Shown: positions 19,174-29,171 of the stretch, piece after piece | Layout: each line of letters opens with the position of its first letter | Position numbering within the stretch: the first letter of the stretch is position 1 | DNA from: Thermovirgaceae bacterium | Lineage (GTDB): Bacteria; Synergistota; Synergistia; Synergistales; Thermovirgaceae | Length of the DNA: 64,000 nucleotides | Assembly: GCA_040767805.1 (NCBI GenBank) | Contig: JAXGNU010000005.1 | Location: forward strand, 1 to 64,000 | Direction of reading: 5' to 3' | Translations under genes and position numbers: made by a program | Notes under the pieces: generated by a model | The model's input: only the letters and a program-made list of their open reading frames with translations | Database searches by the model: none | Told to the model about the DNA's origin: nothing

Positions 19174-21282
19174 TTGCCCCTCCCCGGTGAAAGCCGAAGG
19201 ACGGCCTGCGACGGCCTCGAGGACCATCTCCGCCTCCTCGTGGAGAACTCCCCGGAAGGCATGGTCTTTTGCGACGAAGACGACAGGATCGTCTTCGCCA
19301 ATTCCCGCTTTTGCGACATTTTCGGTTGGGAGGCGGCCGAAGTGACGGGGAAGGAGATCGGCGAGGTCACGGCCGGGACGCCGGGGTTCTCCTCCCATGC
19401 TTTGCTCGTGCCCTCCGCGGTTTTCCCGACGCCCCACTTGATCACCGACGCCGTCAGGGTAAAAAAGGACGGTACAGAGATCAAGGTCTCCATCCTGATC
19501 GGGCCCATCCACGAGGAAGGGCGCCCGGTGGGGACCTACGGAATATACTGGGACACGGGGCGCCGGGAGGAAGTGGAAAGGGCCCTCCGGGAGAGCGAGC
19601 AGCAATTCCTGAATATCGTGGAAGACCAGGACGAGTTCATAATCCGCTTCAAGCCCAACGGGACCCTGACCTTCGCGAACACCTCCTACTGCAGGCGTTT
19701 TGGCAAGGACCGGGACAAGATCCTGGGGCTGAACATCTTCGACCACGTGGACCAGGAGGAGACGAGTCGCCTACGCCGGGAGCACTTCGAAAAACTGACC
19801 CCCGAGAACCCGACCAACACCGACGAATCGTGGTCCCTCCTCCCCGATGGCAGCATTGGGCTCGAGCAATGGCACAACCGGGGCGTCTTCGATGAAGAGG
19901 GCCGCCTCGTGGCGATCCAGTGCGTCGGGAGGGACATCACAGCCCAGAAGGAGGCCGAACGGTCCCTCCGGGAGAGCGAAAGGCGCTACGCCGCCATCGT
20001 CGAGAGCCAGGTGGAGATGGTCTGCCGCTTCTCCGATAAGGGTGAGATCACCTTCGCCAACGACGCTTTCTGCCATTTCTTCGGGCTGGACAGGGACCGC
20101 GTCGTTTCGCGCCGACTCTTCGAGATAATGGGGGACGCCGAGGCCTCGAGATTCCTATCGGAACCGAACGGCCAGTCCCCCTTGGGCCAGGGGCCCTTCT
20201 TCGAGCAAATCCTCGACCTCCCCCAGGGGGGGAAGCGCTGGCTGAGATGGACCAGGAGGGGTATCCTCGATGAAAAGGGGACCCTTACGGAGGTCCAGGC
20301 CGTCGGCCGCGATGTGACCACCCTCAAGAGGACCGAGGAGGAACTGAGGCAACTGAACTCCATCCTCCGCTCCGTCAGGGGGGTAAACCGGCTCATCAGC
20401 CGTCACCACGACAGCGAGAAGCTCGTCCAGGAGATTTGCGCCCACCTGGTGGAGACCAGGGGCTACCGCAACGCCTGGTTCGGGATCCTGGGCAAGGGGG
20501 GTACCCTCCAGTCCGTGTCGGAAGCGGGGGTGACGGCTGACGGCAAGCGCCTGTCGGAGAGAAGAAGGTACGGTATGCTCAACGAATGGGGGCTTTCGGC
20601 CCTCAAGGAACCGGGGATACACCTGAAACGGGGGACCATGACCATGACCGACAGCCCCCTCCTGGATAGTTACGAGGAGGGAGGCATAATGACCACCAGG
20701 CTGGAATACGCCAAAAAGATCTACGGCCTCGTATCGGTATCCCTCCCCGGCGACGCCCACTTCGACCCCGAGGAGCAGGCCCTCTTCTTGGAACTGGCCG
20801 AAGATATATCCTTCGCCCTCCACGCCATCGAAACCGAGAAGGACCGCCAGAGGAAGGACGCCAACCTCGAGGAGAAGGCCCGGCAGCTCGAACTCCTGGT
20901 CGCCGAACACTCCTCGGGGCTATGGGAGTGGGACGTAAGCGAGGGGAGGGTCGTCATGAACGCCGCCTACGAGACCATGCTGGGCTACTCCCCCGGCGAG
21001 ATGGAGCAGTCCCTGGAGGGCTGGAAGCGGCAGATCCACCCCGACGACCAGGCCGGTGTGGCCGACCTGCTGAGAGAGGTCCTCTCCGGAAAGGACGGCG
21101 ACGACATCTACGAGACCGAGTTCAGGATGGCGAAAAAGGATGGTTCATGGCTGCCCCTCCGAAGCCGGGGGTTCGTGGTCCGCAGGGATAAAAACGGCAG
21201 GGCCGCCAAGATGGTCGGCATCCATACACCGGCGGGGGAAGCCCTTCAAAAACAAAGGAGGAGGAGAGGACATGAGGCGTAA
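19174..21282 (+). CDS. Multi-sensor protein (PAS-PAS-PAS-GAF-PAS), no recognisable output domain
   Basis: Repeated FAN..FC..FG and GRDIT/GRDVT PAS-PAC units, a GAF segment, final GLWEWD...IHPDD PAS. Confidence 0.75.
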   Translation: MPLPGESRRTACDGLEDHLRLLVENSPEGMVFCDEDDRIVFANSRFCDIFGWEAAEVTGKEIGEVTAGTPGFSSHALLVPSAVFPTPHLITDAVRVKKDGTEIKVSILIGPIHEEGRPVGTYGIYWDTGRREEVERALRESEQQFLNIVEDQDEFIIRFKPNGTLTFANTSYCRRFGKDRDKILGLNIFDHVDQEETSRLRREHFEKLTPENPTNTDESWSLLPDGSIGLEQWHNRGVFDEEGRLVAIQCVGRDITAQKEAERSLRESERRYAAIVESQVEMVCRFSDKGEITFANDAFCHFFGLDRDRVVSRRLFEIMGDAEASRFLSEPNGQSPLGQGPFFEQILDLPQGGKRWLRWTRRGILDEKGTLTEVQAVGRDVTTLKRTEEELRQLNSILRSVRGVNRLISRHHDSEKLVQEICAHLVETRGYRNAWFGILGKGGTLQSVSEAGVTADGKRLSERRRYGMLNEWGLSALKEPGIHLKRGTMTMTDSPLLDSYEEGGIMTTRLEYAKKIYGLVSVSLPGDAHFDPEEQALFLELAEDISFALHAIETEKDRQRKDANLEEKARQLELLVAEHSSGLWEWDVSEGRVVMNAAYETMLGYSPGEMEQSLEGWKRQIHPDDQAGVADLLREVLSGKDGDDIYETEFRMAKKDGSWLPLRSRGFVVRRDKNGRAAKMVGIHTPAGEALQKQRRRRGHEA

Positions 21283-21736
21283 GGATAAGGAGATCACCGA
21301 CGAGGCCCAGGTCAGGGGGATCCTCGAAAGGGGCAAGGTCTGCCGGGTGGCATTTTTCGATGAGGAGTACCCCTACATGGTCCCCCTCTGCTTCGGCTTC
21401 GACGGGAGGTCCCTCTACTTCCACGGTTTCAACGGTGGGAAGAAGATCGAATGCCTGCATAAAAACCCCAAGGTCTGCTTCGAGGTCGACGAGGACATCG
21501 AGGTCGTCCAGGACCCCGACCCCTGCGAGTGGACCATGAAATACAGGAGCGTCGTCGGTTTCGGCACCGCCGTCTTCCTGGAAGGGACGGATGAAAAAAG
21601 GGAGGGGCTGAACCACGTGGTGAGGCAGTACGCGGGCCGCGAGCTCCCCTTCCCGGACCAGGCCATGGCGGCGATCGCCGTGGTCAGGATTGACATAGAG
21701 TCCATGACGGGCCGCCGGAACGGATACACCCTTTAG
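21272..21736 (+). CDS. Pyridoxamine 5'-phosphate oxidase-like (NimA-family) flavin-binding protein
   Basis: MRRKDKEI, YPYMVPL, LYFH, NPKVCFEV, YRSVVGFG. Confidence 0.88.
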   Translation: MRRKDKEITDEAQVRGILERGKVCRVAFFDEEYPYMVPLCFGFDGRSLYFHGFNGGKKIECLHKNPKVCFEVDEDIEVVQDPDPCEWTMKYRSVVGFGTAVFLEGTDEKREGLNHVVRQYAGRELPFPDQAMAAIAVVRIDIESMTGRRNGYTL

Positions 21737-21748
21737 AAAAGGCAGCCG

Positions 21749-22369
21749 GTGATGCTCGGTCAGGTCGTAACCTGGATAGTCTCCACCATCGGGAGGATGG
21801 GCTACACCGGCGTTGTAGCCCTGATGTTCCTGGAATCGTCCTTTATACCCTTTCCCAGCGAAGTGGTGGTCCCCCCCGCCGGTTACCTCGCGGCCAGGGG
21901 GCAGATGAACCTCTTCGTGGTCATCCTGGCCGGCATCGCCGGGAGCATCCTCGGGGCAATCTTCAACTACTGGATCTCCCTCGCCTTCGGGCGCCCCTTC
22001 TTCGAAAGGTACGGCAAGTACTTCCTGGTCAGCGACAAGGCACTGGACCAGGCCGACCTTTACTTCGCGAGGCACGGCCATATCAGCACCTTCATCGGCA
22101 GGCTCCTTCCCGGCATCCGCCAGCTGATATCGCTGCCGGCGGGGCTCACGAGGATGAACATCCCCCTCTTCCTCTTCTACACGGCCTTGGGGTCGGGCAT
22201 CTGGGTGGTGATCCTCGCCTGGGTCGGGTTCTGGGTGGGCAACAACCAGGCCCTGGTGCACCGGTACATGCACACCGCCTCCTACGCCCTGGCGGCCTTC
22301 TGCGTCGCCCTGGCGGCCGCCTATGTTTTCCACTGCAGGAGGAAGAACAAAAAGATCGGAAAAACGTAA
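21749..22369 (+). CDS. DedA-family membrane protein
   Basis: LESSFIPFPSEVV, GRLLPGIRQLISLPAG. Confidence 0.92.
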   Translation: MMLGQVVTWIVSTIGRMGYTGVVALMFLESSFIPFPSEVVVPPAGYLAARGQMNLFVVILAGIAGSILGAIFNYWISLAFGRPFFERYGKYFLVSDKALDQADLYFARHGHISTFIGRLLPGIRQLISLPAGLTRMNIPLFLFYTALGSGIWVVILAWVGFWVGNNQALVHRYMHTASYALAAFCVALAAAYVFHCRRKNKKIGKT

Positions 22370-22525
22370 AGCTTAAGGGTGATCGGGGATTCCATGCCGC
22401 CTTCCGTAAACCCCGGGGGCGCGCTTTCCCCCTCGCGGCGCCCTTGGGTCTCCCCTTCCACCCTTACTCGGGGCGCCGCGCGTTATGGGTGGTTTCCGCC
22501 TTCCCTGGGCGAGTTCGTGAATTAT

Positions 22526-22554
22526 TTGACGATTTTCTTTTTTCTGTGTATACT
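22526..22554 (+). promoter_or_regulatory. Strong sigma70-type promoter with extended -10
   Basis: TTGACG-17 nt-TATACT, preceded by TGTG. Confidence 0.75.
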
Positions 22555-22809
22555 CCATACACAAGATAAGGCGCCTCTGCCAACAACGATATAACCACCT
22601 GTTCTCCGGGCAACACTGAGCGAGAAGCGACCAGCCACCACCTTTTGGTTTAGGCGTTGAACTTCCTGCCCGCCAGGCCGGCGGCCAGCAGGTCTTTTGT
22701 GTTCGGAGACAAGACGGCGACGGCTGAGATCCCGTCCCCGCCAAGCGGTCCCGTCGCCCCAGGCGGGTCGCGAAAACCTGGGACTGACCGGAAAGGAGGG
22801 GAACGCGAT

Positions 22810-22950
22810 ATGAAGGGAAAGGCGATGCTTTTGATGGTCCTGGTAGCCCTTGTGGTCGTCGGGGCCCTCGTGGTGATGAACAAGGGCAAGTCGGAGATCC
22901 CGCCGGCGGAGGAAGCTGCCGTGGTTGAAATGGAAAACTCAGGTTCCTAG
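22810..22950 (+). CDS. Small (46 aa) single-TM protein
   Basis: AGGAGG RBS at 22794-22799; basic N-terminus, hydrophobic helix, acidic tail; own promoter and terminator. Confidence 0.65.
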   Translation: MKGKAMLLMVLVALVVVGALVVMNKGKSEIPPAEEAAVVEMENSGS

Positions 22951-22978
22951 ACCACCCCGGCACGACACTATGCATTGC

Positions 22979-23010
22979 GGCCGTCCGCTTTTCGTGGGCG
23001 GCCTTTTTTT
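22979..23010 (+). terminator. Intrinsic terminator
   Basis: GGCCGTCCGC-loop-GTGGGCGGCC followed by T7. Confidence 0.8.
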
Positions 23011-23092
23011 GCCTGTTCCACCGGTACATGGTACATTGTGCCGGTAAAACACCCGGCCCGGGGGCCACTGGAAAAAGTGAGGGGCGGCAGCC

Positions 23093-25903
23093 ATGTCGAT
23101 GAGAGATATTTTTCACGGATCACCCTTCGGGGAGGGCGAACGCCCCAGGCGTGTACCCCCTTTGAAATTTAAAAAAGGTATCTGGATCATCCTGGGGGTG
23201 CTCCTGCTGCTGGCGGTGATAGTGCCGGCGACGGCCACCTTTTACACGGACCTGCTCTGGTTCCGCGAGAGGGGGCTCCTGCAGGTCTTCTGGACGAGGC
23301 TGCTCCCGCAGTGGGTGCTGTTCGCCGCGGCGGCCGCGGCGGCCTTCGTGATCTTTTCACTGAACTGGCTCAGGGCGCGCCGGTCCGCCATGAGGGAGAT
23401 AGCCTTCGCGTCCCTGCCGGGAGAGGTCCTCGACATACCCATGCGGGCCTCGGCCCTGGCGGTGGCGGCCATCGCCGCGGTCCTGGCCGTCATGAACGGC
23501 CTCGCTGTCCGGTCGGGGTGGATGACGGTCCTCCAATACCTGAACAGGACCCCCTTCGGCAGGAACGACCCCGTCTTCGGCAGGGACGTGGCTTTCTACG
23601 TCTTCGATATCCCCTTCCTTTCGCTGCTCCAGGGCTGGCTCCTCAGCACCCTCGTCACCACCCTCGTAGGAGTGGCCCTGATCACCGTCCTGGCAGTGCT
23701 GCCGAGGATGCGCGATGAGAACCGGTTCTACCTGCCCCCCTTCGCCCGAGGGCACCTTTCTGTACTGGGCGCCCTGGTAGTCGTCCTGTGGGGCGCCGGG
23801 CTCTGGCTCGAGCGTTTCCACATACTCCTCTCCCCCGAAGGGGTGGTGTTCGGGGCGGGTTACACCGACGTGCACGTCAAGCTCCTGGCCTTGAACATCA
23901 TGGTGGGCCTTTCGCTGGCCGTCGCAGCCCTGCTGGTGGCCAACATTTTCAGGAGGACCTGGAGGCCCGCCATGGCGGGGGCCGTCCTCCTGGTGGGGGC
24001 CTCCCTGCTCTTGCGGGGGCTCCTCCCAGGCATCGTCCAGAAGTACGTTGTCGAGCCCAACGAGTTCGCCAAGGAAAAGTCCTTCATCGAGTTCAACATC
24101 CGGGGCACCCTCGAGGCCTACGGGCTCGATGACCAGGAGATCATCGACTTCCTCCCCGAGGACGCCGTCTCCGCCGAGGACATCCGCAACGAACCGGACA
24201 CCATAAGGAATATAAGGCTCTGGGATTACCGGCCCATCCTCAGGGCCTTCAAGCAGCTCCAGGAAATAAGGACCTACTACGACTTCCCCGACGTGGACGT
24301 GGCCCGCTACACCTTCAACGGCTCCTACCGCCAGGTCATGCTGGCGGCGAGGGAGCTCGACCACGGGCAACTGCAGAACCAGACCTGGGTCAACCAGCAC
24401 CTGGAGTTCACCCACGGCTACGGCCTGGTGATGAACTTCGTCAACGAGGTGGACACCGCCGGGAAACCGACGCTGATCGTCAAGGACCTCCCTCCCCAGG
24501 CGACGGTCCCCCTGGAGGTCGACAGGCCCCAGATCTACTTCGGCGAGAGGCGCATACCCTACTCGCTGGTACGTACGAACATCATGGAGTTCGACTACCC
24601 CATGGGCGACTCCAACGTTAGGACCACCTACGAGGGGACCGGCGGGGTGCCCATCGGAGGGGTCTTCAACAGGATAATGTTCGCCCTGCGCTTCAGGGAC
24701 TCCCAGATCCTCTTCACCAACGCCATAACCGCCGAGAGCAGGATCCTGATGTACCGCAGCCTGAACGAGCGCCTCCAGAAGGTGGCCCCCTTCCTGCTCT
24801 ACGACAGCGACCCCTACCTGGCCGTCGTCGACGGGAAACTCGTCTGGATCGTGGACGCCTACACGGCCACCGACCGCTACCCCTACTCGAACCCCGTCAG
24901 CCTCTCCGGGACGAGGCAGAAGATCAACTACGTCCGCAACAGCGTCAAGGCGGTGATCGACGCCTACGACGGCAGCATCGTGCTCTACGTTTACGACCCC
25001 GATGACCCCATCATCAGGACCTGGCAGGGCATATTCCCGGCCCTCTTCACCCCGGCCGACGAAGCCCCCGAACAACTCAGCACCCAGATCCGCTATCCCA
25101 TGGGGCTCTTCCTGATCCAGAGCGAGATATACCGGACCTACCACATGAGCGACCCCAACACCTATTACAACAAGGAGGACGTCTGGAGGCTGTCGACCCA
25201 GGCGTCGACGGGTGACATAAACGCCTACTACCTGATCATGCGCCTCGTGGGCGAGGAGAAAGCCGAGTTCGCCCTCATCGCCCCCTTCATGCCCGTGGGC
25301 AGGGACAACATGATCGCCTGGATGGCGGGGCGCTCGGACCCGCCCAATTACGGGCAGCTCCTGGTCTACCAGTTCCCTAAGCAGAAGCTCATCTTCGGCC
25401 CCTCCCAGGTGGCCGCCCTGATCGACCAGGACCCCGAGATCGCGGCCCAGCTCTCCCTTTGGACCCAGCGGGGCTCCGACGTCATCCGGGGCGACATCAT
25501 GGTCATCCCTCTGGGCGACTCCCTCCTCTACGTCCAGCCCTTGTACCTCAGGGCGGAGAACAGCGACCTGCCGGAACTCAAGCGGGTCATCGTCTCCTCC
25601 GGCGGGAAGGTTGCCTGGGGCGGGACGGTCGATGAGGCCATCACCACGCTGCTGCTCCGGCTCCACGGCGAGGCTCCCCCCGAGGTGAGCCATCCCGCGG
25701 CGGAAGAGGAAAGACCCGCGCCGCGGCGGCCGGCCGCCGAAGAAAAAAGCGTCGGCGGGCTCGCCCGCCAGGCGAGGGAGCACTTCGACGAGGCCCAGGA
25801 CGCCGCCCGGCGGGGCGACTGGGCCAGGTACGGCCGGGAACTGGAAAAACTGAAATCGGCCCTGGAGGCGCTGCTGGAGGAGACGGAACAGAGGCAACAA
25901 TGA
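23093..25903 (+). CDS. UPF0182-family membrane protein
   Basis: DPVFGRDVAFYVF, GAGYTDV, NIRLWD, QEIRTYYDF, FTHGYG, NYVRNSVKA, YVQPLYL. Confidence 0.92.
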   Translation: MSMRDIFHGSPFGEGERPRRVPPLKFKKGIWIILGVLLLLAVIVPATATFYTDLLWFRERGLLQVFWTRLLPQWVLFAAAAAAAFVIFSLNWLRARRSAMREIAFASLPGEVLDIPMRASALAVAAIAAVLAVMNGLAVRSGWMTVLQYLNRTPFGRNDPVFGRDVAFYVFDIPFLSLLQGWLLSTLVTTLVGVALITVLAVLPRMRDENRFYLPPFARGHLSVLGALVVVLWGAGLWLERFHILLSPEGVVFGAGYTDVHVKLLALNIMVGLSLAVAALLVANIFRRTWRPAMAGAVLLVGASLLLRGLLPGIVQKYVVEPNEFAKEKSFIEFNIRGTLEAYGLDDQEIIDFLPEDAVSAEDIRNEPDTIRNIRLWDYRPILRAFKQLQEIRTYYDFPDVDVARYTFNGSYRQVMLAARELDHGQLQNQTWVNQHLEFTHGYGLVMNFVNEVDTAGKPTLIVKDLPPQATVPLEVDRPQIYFGERRIPYSLVRTNIMEFDYPMGDSNVRTTYEGTGGVPIGGVFNRIMFALRFRDSQILFTNAITAESRILMYRSLNERLQKVAPFLLYDSDPYLAVVDGKLVWIVDAYTATDRYPYSNPVSLSGTRQKINYVRNSVKAVIDAYDGSIVLYVYDPDDPIIRTWQGIFPALFTPADEAPEQLSTQIRYPMGLFLIQSEIYRTYHMSDPNTYYNKEDVWRLSTQASTGDINAYYLIMRLVGEEKAEFALIAPFMPVGRDNMIAWMAGRSDPPNYGQLLVYQFPKQKLIFGPSQVAALIDQDPEIAAQLSLWTQRGSDVIRGDIMVIPLGDSLLYVQPLYLRAENSDLPELKRVIVSSGGKVAWGGTVDEAITTLLLRLHGEAPPEVSHPAAEEERPAPRRPAAEEKSVGGLARQAREHFDEAQDAARRGDWARYGRELEKLKSALEALLEETEQRQQ

Positions 25904-26087
25904 CCTCTTCCCCTGGCCTTAGCCGGGGGGGGGAGGCCGTGGGTTTGGGCGATAGAATTTCGAGCGGCGGGGCGGGGGAAAGAGTACCCCTGCTATGGGG
26001 AGTATTTCCTTCCCGGCTATTGACTTGGGCCGGCCTTATATCTAATCTTTCAGACAGTAGCACTCTATCCGGGAAGGAGGGCATACC

Positions 26088-26507
26088 ATGAGAAAGCTGT
26101 CCTGCTTGGTCTTCATGTTTGTTGTCCTGTTTTTTGCTTTCCCCGCTGCCGCTGACGTGGTCGACATTTCGGGTCCATGGGTCCTGGAGTTCCCCCAGGG
26201 CCAGGGACTTGTAGTTTTAACGCCGACGAGCGATAACCCCCCCAATTACACTGGACATGTTGAGATACCTTCCGCCGACTTTGCAGGGGGCAAGCAGCCC
26301 TTCGGCATCAAGATGCTGACCGCCCCAAACTATGTCACCCCGGGCCAGGACATAACCTTCCAGCCCACCACGGGAGGGGGCGGGATTTCGTTCTTCATGA
26401 TGAACTTCAGCGGTCCCGGCAACGGGATAGCCTGGATAATCACTCACGGCGGCGCCAGTAACTACCAAATACAACTATCCAACGAGAAAGCCTTGGCCCA
26501 CCGGTAG
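26088..26507 (+). CDS. Hypothetical exported protein
   Basis: AGGAGG RBS, signal peptide ending AAA, downstream terminator. Confidence 0.65.
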   Translation: MRKLSCLVFMFVVLFFAFPAAADVVDISGPWVLEFPQGQGLVVLTPTSDNPPNYTGHVEIPSADFAGGKQPFGIKMLTAPNYVTPGQDITFQPTTGGGGISFFMMNFSGPGNGIAWIITHGGASNYQIQLSNEKALAHR

Positions 26508-26540
26508 GACCTTTGATCCACCCACACCCTGCAATTGGTA

Positions 26541-26577
26541 AGGGGTCGGCCTTTTCAAAAGGCCGACCCCTGTTTTC
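26541..26577. terminator. Hairpin terminator between convergent genes
   Basis: AGGGGTCGGCCTTTT-C-AAAAGGCCGACCCCT perfect inverted repeat plus T tail. Confidence 0.75.
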
Positions 26578-26717
26578 TACCCCGTCAGGCACGCAGGGCC
26601 CGATCAGTGCCTTTTTAACAGCGAACGCCGGGAGTGAAGTCCATCCATCAGGACCCCCGATGCTCCGACATCGTCCCCCTTGGCGTCCACCCTGTAGATC
26701 CCGGAGGAGGATAACGA

Positions 26718-27161
26718 TCAGAGCTTGCCCCAGATCTTGTAGGTGAAAGAGTAGCCTTCGCTTTCGGCCGCTTCCTTCACCGCCGAACGCACTCTCTTGT
26801 AATCGAAGGTGTAGTCGTACTTCTTGCCGAAGAGGCTCGCCTGCTGGTCGACGACACCCTCCAGCCCATCGGTGCTTGAAGACACCTTGCTCTTCCTGAA
26901 GGAAAGCCCCGGCCCCGGATCGTCGAGCCCACCGGCGCCCAGCCCGGACTTCGCCTCCTTGAGCATCTCGGTGAAAGTGACCTCCTTGCTGCCCTCATCC
27001 ACCTTGAACTTCGCTGTGTAGGTCAGTTTCTGCTTGTTCAGAAAGGCCTTCCTTTCAGCGATGACGCTGTCGAGGCAGTAGACCTCCTTCTTGTCCACGA
27101 AGGTTCCAGGGACATCCTTGATCTTTTCGGCTACCTTTTGAAGAACCTTTTCCCTGCTCAC
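26718..27161 (-). CDS. Hypothetical protein
   Basis: Backbone-like codon usage; GGAGG RBS before a GTG start. Confidence 0.65.
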   Translation of the reverse strand: MSREKVLQKVAEKIKDVPGTFVDKKEVYCLDSVIAERKAFLNKQKLTYTAKFKVDEGSKEVTFTEMLKEAKSGLGAGGLDDPGPGLSFRKSKVSSSTDGLEGVVDQQASLFGKKYDYTFDYKRVRSAVKEAAESEGYSFTYKIWGKL

Positions 27162-27238
27162 GCCACTCCACCCCTCCTTCAAAAACCGACCTGGAAATTT
27201 TGTAATAGGAATTATACCCTTGTTTCTTTACCTGGACA

Positions 27239-27754
27239 ATGATTTCTTACACTAAAGACGTCATCCGTGGAGGAGACTCCCGGCCCGGCTTTTCGGTCTA
27301 TTCTCCGGCGGACAGCCCTGTGCGTGCGCTCTCCTATCCCTGGCGGGCACCGGGCTTCTCCCTATGGAAGTCCCTTGAACTGGTGGCCGAGGTCGAGAAC
27401 CTGACACTCACGGACCAACTGACGGGCCTCCCGAACCGCCGCGCCCTTTTCCAGAGGCTCGACAGCGAGGATAACAGGCTCAACCGGTACGGCGGGAAAA
27501 TGTCCATCGTCATGATCGATATGACCGGTTTCAAGGAGGTCAACGGCACCTACGGCCACCTGGTGGGCGATTCCGCCCTCCAGGCGGCGTCGCATTGCGT
27601 CAGGGACTGCCTCAGGGAGTCGGTCTTCGTGGCCCGCTTCGGCGGCGACGAGTTCGTCGTCCTTATGCCCGAGACGGGGGCGGAAGAGGCCGCCGTCCTT
27701 CAAAGGGCCGACGACAGGATGTACGTGGAAAAAGCGAGCCCGGGGAACAACTAG
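27239..27754 (+). pseudogene. Degenerate GGDEF (diguanylate cyclase) domain with internal deletion
   Basis: TDQLTGLPNRR, FKEVNGTYGHLVGD, ARFGGDEF present; the segment with the SxG strand before RADDRMY is missing; start uncertain. Confidence 0.6.
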
Positions 27755-29109
27755 CGGGAGGGTACGAGGAAGGTCATCCCCAGGAGCCTTTCGGCCAGGT
27801 CGGCCCGCCGGGGGTCAAGATCAGCCGCGTCCCTGCCGGGCCGGAGCGTTGTTATGACCGCCGCACCGACGATATGGCGCCCTTCCTTCCCGTCGCGGAG
27901 CGTCCTCACGCCCCACATCGAGTGGAAAACCCAGGGCTCACCCCGGTAGATCCCCAGGTAGAGCATGATATGGCCGGGTGCCGCCAGCAGGGTCGCGAAG
28001 GGCACCCCTTCCTGGACCAGCCTCTCCTCCTTTTGCCGGCCCGGGACCTCGCCGAAGGGGACGAAGGGGTACGCCCGGGCCTGGGCCGCCGAGTTCCGTG
28101 GGAACCAGGCGCCGAAGGCGGCGAAGAGGTCCCTCAGGCTCCCCGAGCAGTCCCGGTTCCCTCCAAGGTCGCCCCAGCCGTAGGGTTTGCCGAGCATCCT
28201 GTCGATGACCATCGCCAGGTTCCACTCCGTCAGGGACAAAGGCCCCTCGGAGGCCTGCCCCGATGAAAGGAGGGCCTCGACCCGGACGGCATGACCCCAT
28301 TCGTCCCTCACCGGCACCGCTACGACCAGGGGCCCGCCCTTGCCGCCCCCCACGATGGGGAGCACCGTGCCCACCCGGGCGGTGAAGCGGTAGACGCCGC
28401 CGCGGTCGCTGACGGTGACGCCATCGTCGATGACGAAGGCCTGCGGCAGGGACTGCCATCGCTGGGCGAAGTCTTCATCCATCAGGGCGATATCCCTCGA
28501 GTCGACCCACCCCGAGGCGTAACCCGTCTCGACGAAGGCCCAGGCCCCGTCGGCAGAGTAATGCCCCACGAAGAGGGGCTCACCGGCTTTCACCCTGGAA
28601 TTCTGGAGGTAGTCGAAGGGGTAACCTTCCCCTGCGCGGGAAGGGTCCTCGAAAAAGGGCCTCGAGGTCGGCAGGGCCCTGAGGTCGGTATCGACACAGG
28701 CCACGGCCTTCCGGCTCACCGAGCCCCACCTGTCCAGGTCGCATAGGGCAAGGAGGGAACGCACCCACTCCCTCGGGTGGGGCCTCAAGTTCTCTCCCCA
28801 GGGTTCGCCCTCCTTCCACCGTTCCCAGGCCCACAGGGATTCACCGGGCTCAACCTCGGGGGCGCTCCTGTCCCAGGGCGAGAAGTAGTTTTTCCTGAAA
28901 AGGTCCGCCATCTCTTTTTGCGCGGCCTCGTCGATCATGGGGGCCCCGAAATCCTTCCCCACGAAGCGGAAGGCTGTCCGGGGCGCCTCGAGGGCCGCCG
29001 CGGGAAAGGGAAGCGATAAAAGCAGCAACAGGAAGAGGAAGACCGCCGCGGGGCGTGGTGACCGGCGCGCCCCGGCCGTCGCCGGAAGGGTTTTCACTTG
29101 TCCCATCAC
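27751..29109 (-). CDS. SH3-domain NlpC/P60 (C40) cell-wall peptidase
   Basis: GEGYPFDYLQNS, PYGWG...RDCS, GHIMLYLG, FHSMWG. Confidence 0.88.
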   Translation of the reverse strand: MMGQVKTLPATAGARRSPRPAAVFLFLLLLLSLPFPAAALEAPRTAFRFVGKDFGAPMIDEAAQKEMADLFRKNYFSPWDRSAPEVEPGESLWAWERWKEGEPWGENLRPHPREWVRSLLALCDLDRWGSVSRKAVACVDTDLRALPTSRPFFEDPSRAGEGYPFDYLQNSRVKAGEPLFVGHYSADGAWAFVETGYASGWVDSRDIALMDEDFAQRWQSLPQAFVIDDGVTVSDRGGVYRFTARVGTVLPIVGGGKGGPLVVAVPVRDEWGHAVRVEALLSSGQASEGPLSLTEWNLAMVIDRMLGKPYGWGDLGGNRDCSGSLRDLFAAFGAWFPRNSAAQARAYPFVPFGEVPGRQKEERLVQEGVPFATLLAAPGHIMLYLGIYRGEPWVFHSMWGVRTLRDGKEGRHIVGAAVITTLRPGRDAADLDPRRADLAERLLGMTFLVPSR

Positions 29110-29171
29110 TCCCTCAAAGGAGGTTCCCCCCTTGCCGGCCTTTCTGATATCTTTGAAGGGGGGGTGACGGC

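Noticed and set aside
22700..22800. Moco/tungsten-cofactor riboswitch
   Set aside because: Only the GGAAAGGAG end resembles it; I could not find the other conserved elements and the downstream gene is unrelated to Moco.
23357..25900. Long antisense ORFs (also 12477-14639, 16038-17771, 38125-39432, 1163-2551)
   Set aside because: They are shadow frames opposite well-supported genes in high-GC DNA, with no recognisable motifs.
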